The translations under genes and the position numbers were made by a program. Positions 27,966-36,596 of a stretch of 56,366 nt of DNA are shown piece after piece (position 1 is the stretch's first letter; each line of letters begins with the position of its first letter). Under the pieces are notes generated by a model that saw nothing but the letters and a program-made list of their open reading frames with translations, made no database searches and had not been told where the DNA came from. This DNA comes from a virus (Duplodnaviria; Caudoviricetes): the IMG/VR virus record IMGVR_UViG_3300037840_000311, positions 1 through 56,366 of that record. The stretch is one strand, 5' to 3'.

Positions 27966-28514
27966 ATGCAACTGGCGCTGCGAGGGATGGGCGCGATAAG
28001 CGCGAACGGAATACCGTACAACGATACGGGAGATGGAATCTCGCTTGACAACTTCCAGTCCGGATGCTGTCCGTGGGAAATCACAACGCCCTCGTGTTCC
28101 GCATTTATTCAAGCAAATCAATCCCGGTTCGCCGGATACTCGCCTTGTTCATCGGCAGCCCAAGAAGCGCTGACGTTTCCAAATCTGCCAGGGCCAACCG
28201 GCGCAGCGGTTACGCCTCCGGTTTTGAATCCGGCTCTGTTGAACTCGCAAGATCCTAACACTACGATCAATCAGATTCTTGTAGCAAGCGCGGCAGCGGA
28301 TACGGCGCAGAATCGAGCGGCGGCAGCGGGCATTCTCGCCAACCTCTGCGCGACTCAGGCGGCAACCTGCCAATCCAGTTTCTTCAGCGCATTCGTTTCG
28401 CCAAGTCCCGATTGCACCGGGTGTGTGTTCGACTTCAGTAAGACCGCTTCAATGTTCTTGGTTGCCGGAATCGTTCTGCTCGGCCTTGCGCTGACAAAGG
28501 GGATTGTCCGATGA
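27966..28514 (+). CDS. Cys-rich tail-anchored putative virion protein
   Basis: LRGMG motif; C-terminal TM. Confidence 0.8.
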   Translation: MQLALRGMGAISANGIPYNDTGDGISLDNFQSGCCPWEITTPSCSAFIQANQSRFAGYSPCSSAAQEALTFPNLPGPTGAAVTPPVLNPALLNSQDPNTTINQILVASAAADTAQNRAAAAGILANLCATQAATCQSSFFSAFVSPSPDCTGCVFDFSKTASMFLVAGIVLLGLALTKGIVR

Positions 28515-28618
28515 GAACCGGCATGGAGCCATTTGTCGCATTGCTTGAAGCCGTCCGCTACGCCTTCGAGCAAATCCGAATCGAGCGCCGCGCCTGGCAA
28601 GCGTACCAGAGAAATCAG

Positions 28619-28677
28619 TCTCCGCGCCCTGTCTATTCCGAACATCCTGGACAGTTGAGCCCAAAAACAAACGAGGT
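28619..28677 (+). repeat. Right half-site, GAGCCCAAA type
   Basis: CTCCGCGCCC...CAGTTGAGCCCAAAAA; covered by coupled ORF 28511..28687. Confidence 0.85.
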
Positions 28678-28683
28678 ATTTTC

Positions 28684-29124
28684 ATGAACGCACTTCAAGA
28701 CTTTGTACCCGCCAGCTTTCCTCTACCCTGGAACGTCATTACCATGGCAGGACTCCAGGACTTCGTACCGGCAGACTTTCCCTTACCTCAGAATCCGATT
28801 CGCTTTGTTCCAGCGGCTAACGGCTCACTTCCGAAAGCTCCACCCATGCCCATGGCAAATATCGGAGCGAAAAACGGAAACGCCTACATGTCCGCAATCC
28901 TGAACAGCGGGTGCGGAGGCTGCGGATGCGGAGAAGGGATGGGAGCGCTCTGCCCAACCTGTTCGGCGAGCATGGCGACCGATACGTTTATCCCGCAGGC
29001 GAGCTTGCCCACTTTCCTGCAGGGAGATGCGTACATGGCTGGTTTTCCCACGGTCTACCTGGCTGGGGCCGTGGCGTTGACACTGGCGTTTATGTTTATG
29101 GGATCGAAAAGAGGGAGGCGGTAA
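28684..29124 (+). CDS. Tail-anchored putative virion protein
   Basis: LQDFVPA.FPLP twice; GEGMG; TM then KRGRR. Confidence 0.8.
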   Translation: MNALQDFVPASFPLPWNVITMAGLQDFVPADFPLPQNPIRFVPAANGSLPKAPPMPMANIGAKNGNAYMSAILNSGCGGCGCGEGMGALCPTCSASMATDTFIPQASLPTFLQGDAYMAGFPTVYLAGAVALTLAFMFMGSKRGRR

Positions 29125-29125
29125 C

Positions 29126-29284
29126 GTGCTGCTGCTCATTATTCTTTTGATCCTGATTTTCGGCGGCGGCTTCGGTTACATCGGCCACGTCCACTCCTGG
29201 CCGGGAGGCGGGCCGGGTATCGGACTCGGAACGGTTGTGGTGATTCTGCTGATTATTTGGTTGCTCGGAGGATTTCGAGGTTAA
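29126..29284 (+). CDS. Small two-TM Gly-rich protein (DUF3309-like)
   Basis: LLLIILLILIFGGG...GIGLGTVVVILLIIWLLG. Confidence 0.65.
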   Translation: MLLLIILLILIFGGGFGYIGHVHSWPGGGPGIGLGTVVVILLIIWLLGGFRG

Positions 29285-29291
29285 AAACGTT

Positions 29292-29462
29292 ATGTCCACT
29301 CAATCCATTTTCTGTATCGTTCTCGCGTGCTTGTGCATCCTGCTTGGGCTTTTCGATTACTTCCGAACCCCACCGGCCAGCCCGCCAGGACGCGAGCCTT
29401 TATTCTGGCCATTGCTCGGTCTTCTCGTTATCGAGACTTGCAGGATGTTCGGGAGCCATTAA
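29292..29462 (+). CDS. Small two-TM protein
   Basis: 56-aa ORF with two hydrophobic stretches. Confidence 0.55.
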   Translation: MSTQSIFCIVLACLCILLGLFDYFRTPPASPPGREPLFWPLLGLLVIETCRMFGSH

Positions 29463-29470
29463 CCGATGAG

Positions 29471-29521
29471 GTTTTGGGCTCAACAGCGCGGGCAGGTTCG
29501 GGCTACCGGGAGCGCGGCGGC
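29471..29521 (+). repeat. Left half-site covered by 19-aa linker ORF 29466..29525
   Basis: TTTTGGGCTCAACAGCGCGGGCAGGTTCGG...GGGAGCGCGGCGGC then TAAATG. Confidence 0.9.
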
Positions 29522-29525
29522 ATAA

Positions 29526-29885
29526 ATGGAAGTCGATCTCTATCAACGGCGACGGATGTACGGCCTGGGAGTGGTGGACCCGGTTACGGGCATCGACTCG
29601 TCCGTCACAACCCCTCCGGCTTCGACGGGAGCACTATCTTCATTCGGGATAGACCTCTCTTCCATGTCCCCGACTACGCTTCTAGTAGCGGGCGCTTTTG
29701 GATTGTGGATGCTTTCGTCTCTGTTCAGCGGCGGAAAGAAAGTCTACGGAAAAGTCGCACGGCCCATTAAGAAACGTCGCAAGAAAAAGCGTGCTCTCGA
29801 GGATGCGGAAGAGCGATACGAAAGCGAGCGGCGCCGCATTGAAAGAGGCGGATCGTCGCGCCGGGGCGGGGGAGGGTTCTTCTGA
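29526..29885 (+). CDS. Membrane protein with basic tail
   Basis: MYGLG motif; central TM; K/R-rich C-terminus. Confidence 0.8.
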   Translation: MEVDLYQRRRMYGLGVVDPVTGIDSSVTTPPASTGALSSFGIDLSSMSPTTLLVAGAFGLWMLSSLFSGGKKVYGKVARPIKKRRKKKRALEDAEERYESERRRIERGGSSRRGGGGFF

Positions 29886-32026
29886 TGCCTGCCTCAGCCA
29901 GTCGCAAGCGCGGGCGTAACGCATTCGGAGATATCTTCCGCTCACGGGTAACGTATCACCGGGATGTCGCCGGAGAGCGCCGGGAATTGAAGCGCCAGGC
30001 GTTTGAAGAGCGGAAAGAACGGCTTCGGCTCAGGAAGCTGAAAGCTACGGAACGGGCGCAATCCCTGAGGGAGGCCAAGTTAGGAGAGCAAGAAAGAAAA
30101 CGTCAAGCCGGGCGCGATGCGGCCTCCATCATTTCCCGAAAGCAGGAACTGGCGGCAGAAGGGAAAATCCGCGCAGCGGAGCGCAAAATTGCCAAGGCGG
30201 AACATCAGATAGAGACGGCGGCTCAAAGGGCCAGCCGTGGTGCAAGCCGGGCCAGTGGGGGTCTCTCCGAGTCGGAATTCGACCGGATCAAAGCCCACAT
30301 GGAGAGCGAGATTGCCAAACAGGAAGACATGAAGCGGCGAGCGCTCGCTAGCGTGGGTAATCCGTCGTGGGGATTTGGAATTTACAAGGGCAGAGGTTTT
30401 GGAACCGAGCAACTGGCGCACTTCAAATCCAGGGAAGCGGCGGAAACTTATGCGCGGTCGCATGGCTTGACGGGGTATCGAATCCAGCGGGCCTTTGCGA
30501 AAGGCGCAAACCCGGCCAGTCGCCACCGCGCGCCCGCAAGCCGGAAACCCTCGACCACTGGTGAACGGCGGTCTACCCGAAATTGCGCCGTGGAATTCTC
30601 AACCGAATACCACCTAGGTTACAACCTAGGCCAAGCCGACCGGCAGAATGCCAGCCTCCGAAAGACGCCAGGTGAACTCCATGCGACCTTCGCCGCGAAC
30701 TTCGGGACCGTTCCATCCGCCAGTTGGGAAAGCTTCGAGCAAGCGTATCAAGCAGGGTACGGCGGGCAGATGGGCGCAGCGGCTCCGAATCCAAAGCATG
30801 AGACCCCGTTCCAGTACAAGGGAGTGACCATCACGCCGGTACCGCCGACCTTCACACGCTACGACGTGGCGCTACCGACCGGCATTATTCGACTCACGAG
30901 CCTACAGGACGCAAAGGATTGGGTTACGCGCAGTCAAGAACCGGCGCGGAATCCCGGTAGCCCGAAACTGCGAGCGCTTTTGAGACGAATGAGCACGGAC
31001 GAACAAGCGCAACTGCTCCAAGCGATTGACCGCTTCTACTATGCCGCAATCAGCGAAGGATTCAAACCGAGCGAGGCGCAGTCCTTCGCGGAAAAGCGAG
31101 CGATTCCAGAGGCGGAAAAGATTTTAAGGGGCCGATTCGCCAATCCCGAAGCATGGACCACGATTTACAAAACGAAAGCAGAAGCAAAAGCAGTATGGTA
31201 CGACAGCGCACCGGGCCGGAATGATCGAGCGACATTTCAGAAAGTTCGCGGCGGCTGGGTTATCAAAGCGGGGAATCCGCGCTCTGGCGGAATGAACGCG
31301 ACCGAGAAACGGCACGATGCGGAAGTCCGAAAACTGATCGCCAAACGATTTGGCGAAGGCGAGGACGCGACCAAGGTAGCGGCCCGCGTGTGGCGCAGTT
31401 ACGGTTATCTGACCGACGTGAAAGACGGCATCCTGATTGTTCAGTTGAACGCCGGAAGGGAAAGTTTCGCACCGGGCCAGCGCAACCCCGATGACGGCTC
31501 AGAAGAATACGCCCAAGCGAAACGCATAGCAGAACTCTTCCACGGTCACCCCGTCAAAGAAGAAATCACGGTAACCGAACAGATCGAATCGCATGATTGG
31601 CTGTGGAGAATCGGCCCCTTGGTGAAACTGAAAATCCGAACGCTGACCAAGCGAAACGCTACCCTGCCCTTCGGTCAGGACGAAACGAGCATGGTTCATC
31701 TGTTCTGTAGCCCGGACGGAAGGCAGTTCTATTTGCGCGGCGGCGACCAGGAGCTCGACATCGAAGCCCTCGGCATGGGACCGAAAACAGAATGGTTTCG
31801 AGATCAAATGCTGATCGGGGAAGCCAAGGAAATCACGTACCGGGACAAAAAGAAGTTTCACAAGTTCAAGCTGACCGACTACTTCCACAAGCTCGGGGAA
31901 GTCACGAAGAAAAAGCCAATGCTGGCCTATGACGCGCTCGCGCACAAGATGAGCATTTTGGGCGGCCAGTACAAAGTGGAAACCGAAGACCTGGTGGACG
32001 GGATGAGCCCCGGCATCGTGAACTGA
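29885..32026 (+). CDS. Large basic modular protein punctuated by Asn-Pro (putative core polyprotein)
   Basis: Seven NP motifs separating short modules. Confidence 0.85.
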   Translation: MPASASRKRGRNAFGDIFRSRVTYHRDVAGERRELKRQAFEERKERLRLRKLKATERAQSLREAKLGEQERKRQAGRDAASIISRKQELAAEGKIRAAERKIAKAEHQIETAAQRASRGASRASGGLSESEFDRIKAHMESEIAKQEDMKRRALASVGNPSWGFGIYKGRGFGTEQLAHFKSREAAETYARSHGLTGYRIQRAFAKGANPASRHRAPASRKPSTTGERRSTRNCAVEFSTEYHLGYNLGQADRQNASLRKTPGELHATFAANFGTVPSASWESFEQAYQAGYGGQMGAAAPNPKHETPFQYKGVTITPVPPTFTRYDVALPTGIIRLTSLQDAKDWVTRSQEPARNPGSPKLRALLRRMSTDEQAQLLQAIDRFYYAAISEGFKPSEAQSFAEKRAIPEAEKILRGRFANPEAWTTIYKTKAEAKAVWYDSAPGRNDRATFQKVRGGWVIKAGNPRSGGMNATEKRHDAEVRKLIAKRFGEGEDATKVAARVWRSYGYLTDVKDGILIVQLNAGRESFAPGQRNPDDGSEEYAQAKRIAELFHGHPVKEEITVTEQIESHDWLWRIGPLVKLKIRTLTKRNATLPFGQDETSMVHLFCSPDGRQFYLRGGDQELDIEALGMGPKTEWFRDQMLIGEAKEITYRDKKKFHKFKLTDYFHKLGEVTKKKPMLAYDALAHKMSILGGQYKVETEDLVDGMSPGIVN
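30522..30582 (+). repeat. Right half-site embedded inside the 713-aa CDS
   Basis: CCACCGCGCGCCCGCAAGCCGGAAACC...CTGGTGAACGGCGGTCTACCC. Confidence 0.92.
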
Positions 32027-32037
32027 GGAGAAAGTTT

Positions 32038-32226
32038 ATGAACTGTGACGCATGCGGAGTGGAACTGATCGACGGGGAACACCCGAAAACTGTTTGCACT
32101 GAAAAAGAGTGGGCCATCCATCAAGCCCGTCTCCTGGGCCAGATTGTGTATCTGCTGAAACAGAACGCCACCGCGCCCCCATCGGCACAGAGCGCTACGT
32201 CTGGCGCCGCCAAACAAAAAGGATAA
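32038..32226 (+). CDS. Small hypothetical protein
   Basis: GAGGAG RBS; CDAC...H...C. Confidence 0.6.
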   Translation: MNCDACGVELIDGEHPKTVCTEKEWAIHQARLLGQIVYLLKQNATAPPSAQSATSGAAKQKG

Positions 32227-32231
32227 CGATC

Positions 32232-33155
32232 ATGGCCTCCCCAGCTACAGTCAATATCGGCTCACTGAAAACCGTAGCAGTCTTGGGTCACACCACCGTA
32301 ACCAACACCGGCCCATCGGTAGTCCATGGCGACCTCGATCTAAGTCCGGGAACTTCGATAGTGGGATTTCCCCCAGGTACCGTGATTGGAACTATCCACG
32401 ACACCGACGCGCAAGCAGCCCAAGCCCAGACGGACTTGACGGCCGCTATTGCGGATGCCGGAGGACGCGCGGGCGCCGTACCGATCGTGGGAGACCTGGG
32501 CGGCCAGACCTTGACCACGGGAGTCTACAGCGCGGCCGCGGCGCAGGGATTGACCGGAGTACTCACGCTCAACGGAAGTCCTACCGATGTTTGGATATTC
32601 CAAATCGGAACCGCGCTCACGGTAGCAGGAACGATACTGTTCACCGGGGGAGCATCCGCGGCTAATGTCTTTTGGAATCTCGGCAGCTCGGCGACCATCG
32701 GCGTAGGGTCCGTGATGGCAGGAACGATCATGGCCCTTGCTTCCGTTACCCTGGCGACCGGCGCGAGCTTGAACGGTAGAGCGCTGGCCAGCACCGGCGC
32801 GGTATCGCTCGACACGAACAATATCAGCGCGCCGGGATCCGCTGGTTTCGGTTTGACGTGCGGAGCGGGACAAGACGGATACCTGGGAATCCCGTACTCG
32901 AAGCTCTTTCCGGTTACAGGAGGGACACCCCCTTACACGTTCAGCCTGAGCGCGGGAGTTTTGCCGATCGGCCTGAGCTTGAACTTCTCGACCGGCCTGG
33001 TATCTGGTACGCCCACGCAGTTGGGAGTTTTTGTATTCACGATCAACGCGACGGACTCTAACGGGTTTTCGTCGCCAGTGCAATGCTCAATTACAATCCG
33101 ACCCGCAGCTCAAGCCGGAAATCGCGGCGGGGGTACCGACTGCGGGTGTTGCTAA
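32232..33155 (+). CDS. DUF3494 ice-binding-like protein with C-terminal putative Ig (He_PIG-like) domain
   Basis: AVLG..TVTNTGPS, DLGGQTLTTGVY, WIFQIG, AANVFW, GRALASTGAVSLDTN; GGTPPYTFS...LPIGLSLN...SGTPT. Confidence 0.92.
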   Translation: MASPATVNIGSLKTVAVLGHTTVTNTGPSVVHGDLDLSPGTSIVGFPPGTVIGTIHDTDAQAAQAQTDLTAAIADAGGRAGAVPIVGDLGGQTLTTGVYSAAAAQGLTGVLTLNGSPTDVWIFQIGTALTVAGTILFTGGASAANVFWNLGSSATIGVGSVMAGTIMALASVTLATGASLNGRALASTGAVSLDTNNISAPGSAGFGLTCGAGQDGYLGIPYSKLFPVTGGTPPYTFSLSAGVLPIGLSLNFSTGLVSGTPTQLGVFVFTINATDSNGFSSPVQCSITIRPAAQAGNRGGGTDCGCC

Positions 33156-33164
33156 AAGAATCTG

Positions 33165-33373
33165 CGTCTGAGTAACGGCGCAAAAGGGATCCTAGCTCAA
33201 GGACGACGGTCCAAGAGTCAAGGCCGGTAACCAATCCGGGAACAACTCGGAAGGCAGCTTTCGCGAAAGGGCTGCTGGGTTCGCTTCACTCGCCAAACAC
33301 GAGAAGCGGATTCAGTAGCCCTTTTTGCTTTCCGGGGGGACTAGCACGGGCTAGGAAATTCGAGTCTTAGACG
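33165..33373 (+). ncRNA. Candidate structured RNA or attenuator
   Basis: Nested helices 33165-72/33366-73 and 33191-98/33348-55; 21-bp helix 33266-86/33304-24 with G-U pairs, followed by a U-rich run. Confidence 0.55.
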
Positions 33374-33397
33374 GGAACGAAAAGGAGAACAAAACGT

Positions 33398-33925
33398 ATG
33401 CCTTGCGGTTCAGGAAAAACTTACGGCGCTGCACTTACCGGATTGCTTCCGGGTACAGCGCCCACTTTCGCAGTTGCGGAGCTCGACGGATCGGCAACCC
33501 GCAAAATTCGGCTATTGCGCGTGGTTGTCAGCGGCATCGAAGCGACGGCGCTCGCGATCAACGATCTTCGATTGACCAAACTATCCAGCATTTCAACGGG
33601 CGGCACGGCCACAGTACCCCTACCCGTTCCGTTCGATTCGGCCTTTCCACCGGCCACCGCGATATTCCGCGGCTTCACCGTGGCGCCCACCGGAGGCGGC
33701 GTGGCTCTTGGCGCTTTTGCGTCCGTCAAACTTACCCTGCCGCTGGTGACGACTGCCACACCTCCGCCGATTATTTTCGACTTCGCCACGTTGCCATCAG
33801 GCCAACGGCCCACGCTCCACAACGCTGCGGAAGCGATCGGCATCGATCTGAACGGAGCGACACCGGCCAACGCTCCGAACCTCGATATCTACGCATGGTG
33901 GACCGAGGAGCCATTGAACGCCTAA
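33398..33925 (+). CDS. Beta-rich putative structural protein
   Basis: AAGGAG RBS; alternating hydrophobic strands. Confidence 0.75.
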   Translation: MPCGSGKTYGAALTGLLPGTAPTFAVAELDGSATRKIRLLRVVVSGIEATALAINDLRLTKLSSISTGGTATVPLPVPFDSAFPPATAIFRGFTVAPTGGGVALGAFASVKLTLPLVTTATPPPIIFDFATLPSGQRPTLHNAAEAIGIDLNGATPANAPNLDIYAWWTEEPLNA

Positions 33926-33942
33926 TGAAAACCGGCTAGCCA

Positions 33943-33995
33943 GCCGCCGCGCTTCTGGCAGTACGGAGCGCGGCGACTGACGAGGCCAAATAAAA
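33943..33995 (+). repeat. Degenerate right half-site / hairpin
   Basis: GCCGCCGCGC...TGACGAGGCCAAA; similar tail near 41702-41714. Confidence 0.55.
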
Positions 33996-34024
33996 CTCGA
34001 CCTTAAGGAGGCGATGAAAGAATC

Positions 34025-34915
34025 ATGATTACTCCCCGAGTCACAAAGGCCCTGAACCCCCAGCGGAGAAAGTTGACCATCAAGCAGATCCGCGCGGGAT
34101 TCGGCGGCAAGCGGCGCCTAGCCTCTCTTAAGGCAAAGCGTCACACTCACAAAAGACCCAAAGCCAAAGCGTCGAATCCCAAGAAGCACCGCCGACGCAC
34201 GGCTAAGGCCAAGAACGCGACCAGAGTCGTGTACCGCACGAAATACAAGACGCGGACCAAGAAGGTCTACGTCAAATCGAAACCCCGGCGCAAGGCAAAC
34301 GCCAAGCATCGGAGAAGCAGTAATCCCGGACAGTACTTATTGACCATGAGCCCTGCCGGCTTCGGAAACCCACACAAGAAAAGGAGAAAGACCAGTATGG
34401 CGAAACATCGCAGAAAAGCATCCGCCAGGGGCCGCTCCGGGAAGCGAAATCCGACCCGGCGTGCCTATCGGCGGAAAAGTAATCACCGTCCGCGCTCGAG
34501 AAATCCGTTCGGTGAAGGCACAAGCGTCCTGATGAAAAAGGGCTTTGGCGTCTTCCTGGGATTCTCGGCAGCGAAGAAAGTACCACCCATGCTCGGCGCG
34601 AGCATGAATTCCAGCCCCGGCATGAGCCTGCTCTCGACCGCAATCACGGCGGGAGTGCTGGCTTGGGCCGCGAAAAAGTTCATCCCCGGCCCTATTGCCG
34701 AGGGTGTTCTTTGGGGAGGCGTGGGAGGCGTGATCAACGTCGCCTGGAACGCCTGGGCGCCGCCCTCAATCGCGGGCTATGCCGGCGTTGGGGATTTTGT
34801 CAATGGGAGTTTCCCGCTACCCCAAGGACCTGTACGGTTCCCGATGGTAGCGGCTCCGAGCACCACACCGACCGGCTCACCCGTCAACCTGAGCGCGTTC
34901 GGAAGGGCCTGGTAA
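34025..34915 (+). CDS. Very basic NP-punctuated protein with a C-terminal multi-TM region (putative DNA-condensing membrane protein)
   Basis: K/R-rich N-terminal half with six NP motifs; hydrophobic helices; YAGVGDF. Confidence 0.85.
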   Translation: MITPRVTKALNPQRRKLTIKQIRAGFGGKRRLASLKAKRHTHKRPKAKASNPKKHRRRTAKAKNATRVVYRTKYKTRTKKVYVKSKPRRKANAKHRRSSNPGQYLLTMSPAGFGNPHKKRRKTSMAKHRRKASARGRSGKRNPTRRAYRRKSNHRPRSRNPFGEGTSVLMKKGFGVFLGFSAAKKVPPMLGASMNSSPGMSLLSTAITAGVLAWAAKKFIPGPIAEGVLWGGVGGVINVAWNAWAPPSIAGYAGVGDFVNGSFPLPQGPVRFPMVAAPSTTPTGSPVNLSAFGRAW

Positions 34916-34995
34916 TCAAGAAGGAGGGATTCCGGCAGGGGGAATTGAAAACCGTCTGCCGGGTCTAACATTTTGAAGTTTCAGGAAAGAAAAAC

Positions 34996-35652
34996 ATGCC
35001 AGCAGCAGTAGTCAATCGAACCATCGACCAGGCGAATCGCGCCGGAGCGTATCAACCCGCGAGCGGGTATTCGCAGCAACAAAACATGATCATGGAGGCG
35101 TTTCGCGCCGACGAGTACATCAAGAACCAGATGGATGTCCAAGCGGAGCCGATCTATGACACCAACACCCAGGTAGCGGGAGACATCATCCAGCAGGGTC
35201 AACCCTCCGGCGTCTTCTTCACCAACATCAGCGGCAAGGCTCTCAATCTGACCAACATGAAACAGCCGAACCAACTGATGAACCCCGAGGCCTTGGCGAT
35301 CTTTTGTTATCGCTACTACCTCGATCCGCGCAACGAAGTGCTCGACGCGGAAAACGTCATGGCCGACTTCGCCCTTCGCTTCGTGATGGGGCAGAAGCCG
35401 TACCAGACCATCCCGCTGTGGATGATTCCCCAGGGCGGCGGCCTCGATCTCCAGGGCTGCTGCTCAGACTGCGTTGTCCACAACGGCCGGCCCACGAAGG
35501 AAGCCATCCGGCCCATCGCCATCACGCTCGTTCTGGAGCAAGGCGTGTGGTTTGAAGGGGAACTCTTCGGAGGCCCCTACACCATCGATTCAACAGGTGG
35601 ATTCATTCACTCGCTGAATCTCGATGGATTGCACGCCCGAGGCATCCAGTAG
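34996..35652 (+). CDS. Putative major capsid protein (single jelly-roll-like, inferred)
   Basis: PIYDT...FF...LTNM..PNQL pattern; beta-rich; C-ending codon bias; flanked by hairpins; fold not verified. Confidence 0.6.
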   Translation: MPAAVVNRTIDQANRAGAYQPASGYSQQQNMIMEAFRADEYIKNQMDVQAEPIYDTNTQVAGDIIQQGQPSGVFFTNISGKALNLTNMKQPNQLMNPEALAIFCYRYYLDPRNEVLDAENVMADFALRFVMGQKPYQTIPLWMIPQGGGLDLQGCCSDCVVHNGRPTKEAIRPIAITLVLEQGVWFEGELFGGPYTIDSTGGFIHSLNLDGLHARGIQ

Positions 35653-35695
35653 CCAATCTGGTTTTTTCTTCGGTTCGTGGTATTGTTTTTGATGT

Positions 35696-35743
35696 TCGAG
35701 GCGGGCTCCCGTTCTCTCACGTTTTTCAGGGAGTCCGCTTCGA
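35696..35743 (+). terminator. Stem-loop after the putative capsid gene
   Basis: TCGAGGCGGGCTCCC / GGGAGTCCGCTTCGA 15-bp stem. Confidence 0.6.
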
Positions 35744-35756
35744 CTCGTTCACTTTT

Positions 35757-36596
35757 ATGAAGATGCTTTTTGTTTGGGCTCAACTGTCGATCACGCTCTG
35801 TGCTTGCCAGGGCGCGGGGGAAGTCTACTCGATCAATTCTCCGCGCTCATTATTCTCAGCGGGCGTGTGGGGCTTGCCGTCAATCATTGTCGCGCCCAGC
35901 CATCGTTTACCCTTGCGTGATTTTGTGAGGGCATCTACAAGCGCTGGAGTAGGCTCGACCGATGGCGGGAGCGGCCTACTGGGAGCAATGGGAATCATGC
36001 GAGGCGAGGAATCGGCACGAGGCGGGGGATCGGCACGGCGCAACCCCGTCGCGATTTCATGTAGAATCTGTTCCTCAGCGGCGCGGCATTCCTTTGGAGT
36101 AATCGGCAGCAACTTCCAGCGGCGCACCATTTCTAGTCGGCGAGTTGTCAAGTCCATGGTTTTCCAATCGAGCGGCCAGCGCGTCAAGTTTTGCGTGCAA
36201 CCCCTGAACAATCACCCTGTCTCGCTCAATCTGGCGATTCTGCGACATCATGATGAGCGGGCTTTGGAATGTGCTCACGATGGTCAACACCAGATTGAAC
36301 AGGATAAATGGGTACGGATCAAAGATACCTGTCAAAACCAGGACCGTGTTCAGGATGATCCAACCGGCAGTGAGCGCCGAAAATACGGCGATGAACGTCC
36401 AGGAGCCGCAGAATTCCGTCACGGCATCAGCGGCCCGTTGCGACCTTGTGAGTTGCGGCGGCTTATTGTCCATGCGCCTATCCTAGCGGTCCAGCACGGT
36501 CCCGCGCAACCGGCCCCAGCGCTCCCAGTAGTACGAATCGGCGCGACTGGTGAACGGCGGTTTATCCCTGATCTTCCAAGGAGCCTCTCTCTATGA
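35757..36596 (+). CDS. 279-aa linker ORF over two antisense cargo genes
   Basis: MKMLFVWAQ start through the left site; stop overlaps ATG 36593. Confidence 0.45.
   Translation: MKMLFVWAQLSITLCACQGAGEVYSINSPRSLFSAGVWGLPSIIVAPSHRLPLRDFVRASTSAGVGSTDGGSGLLGAMGIMRGEESARGGGSARRNPVAISCRICSSAARHSFGVIGSNFQRRTISSRRVVKSMVFQSSGQRVKFCVQPLNNHPVSLNLAILRHHDERALECAHDGQHQIEQDKWVRIKDTCQNQDRVQDDPTGSERRKYGDERPGAAEFRHGISGPLRPCELRRLIVHAPILAVQHGPAQPAPALPVVRIGATGERRFIPDLPRSLSL
35825..36157 (-). CDS. Antisense cargo, hypothetical protein
   Basis: Stops at the inner edge of the left site. Confidence 0.5.
   Translation of the reverse strand: MDLTTRRLEMVRRWKLLPITPKECRAAEEQILHEIATGLRRADPPPRADSSPRMIPIAPSRPLPPSVEPTPALVDALTKSRKGKRWLGATMIDGKPHTPAENNERGELIE
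36075..36473 (-). CDS. DUF1003-family membrane protein (antisense cargo)
   Basis: GSWTFI...W...N...FDPYPFILFNL...Q.PLIMMSQNRQ.ERDR. Confidence 0.9.
   Translation of the reverse strand: MDNKPPQLTRSQRAADAVTEFCGSWTFIAVFSALTAGWIILNTVLVLTGIFDPYPFILFNLVLTIVSTFQSPLIMMSQNRQIERDRVIVQGLHAKLDALAARLENHGLDNSPTRNGAPLEVAADYSKGMPRR

Larger units (their letters stand above)
35771..36570. mobile_element. Loaded element with two antisense genes
   Basis: Left 35771-35820; right about 36514-36570. Confidence 0.8.

Noticed and set aside
32340-33083. Long minus-strand ORF opposite the DUF3494 gene, and similar ORFs opposite the helicase and fibre genes
   Set aside because: Ordinary GC-rich antisense shadows with no family motifs, coupling or flanking sites.
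33186-33373. tRNA gene (TAGCTCAA and TTCGAGT motifs)
   Set aside because: I could not build a cloverleaf with an acceptor stem and normal spacing; kept only as a structured RNA candidate.
33398-33430. GSGKT as the Walker A of a packaging ATPase
   Set aside because: It lies at residues 4-8 of a 175-aa beta-rich protein with no preceding strand and no Walker B.
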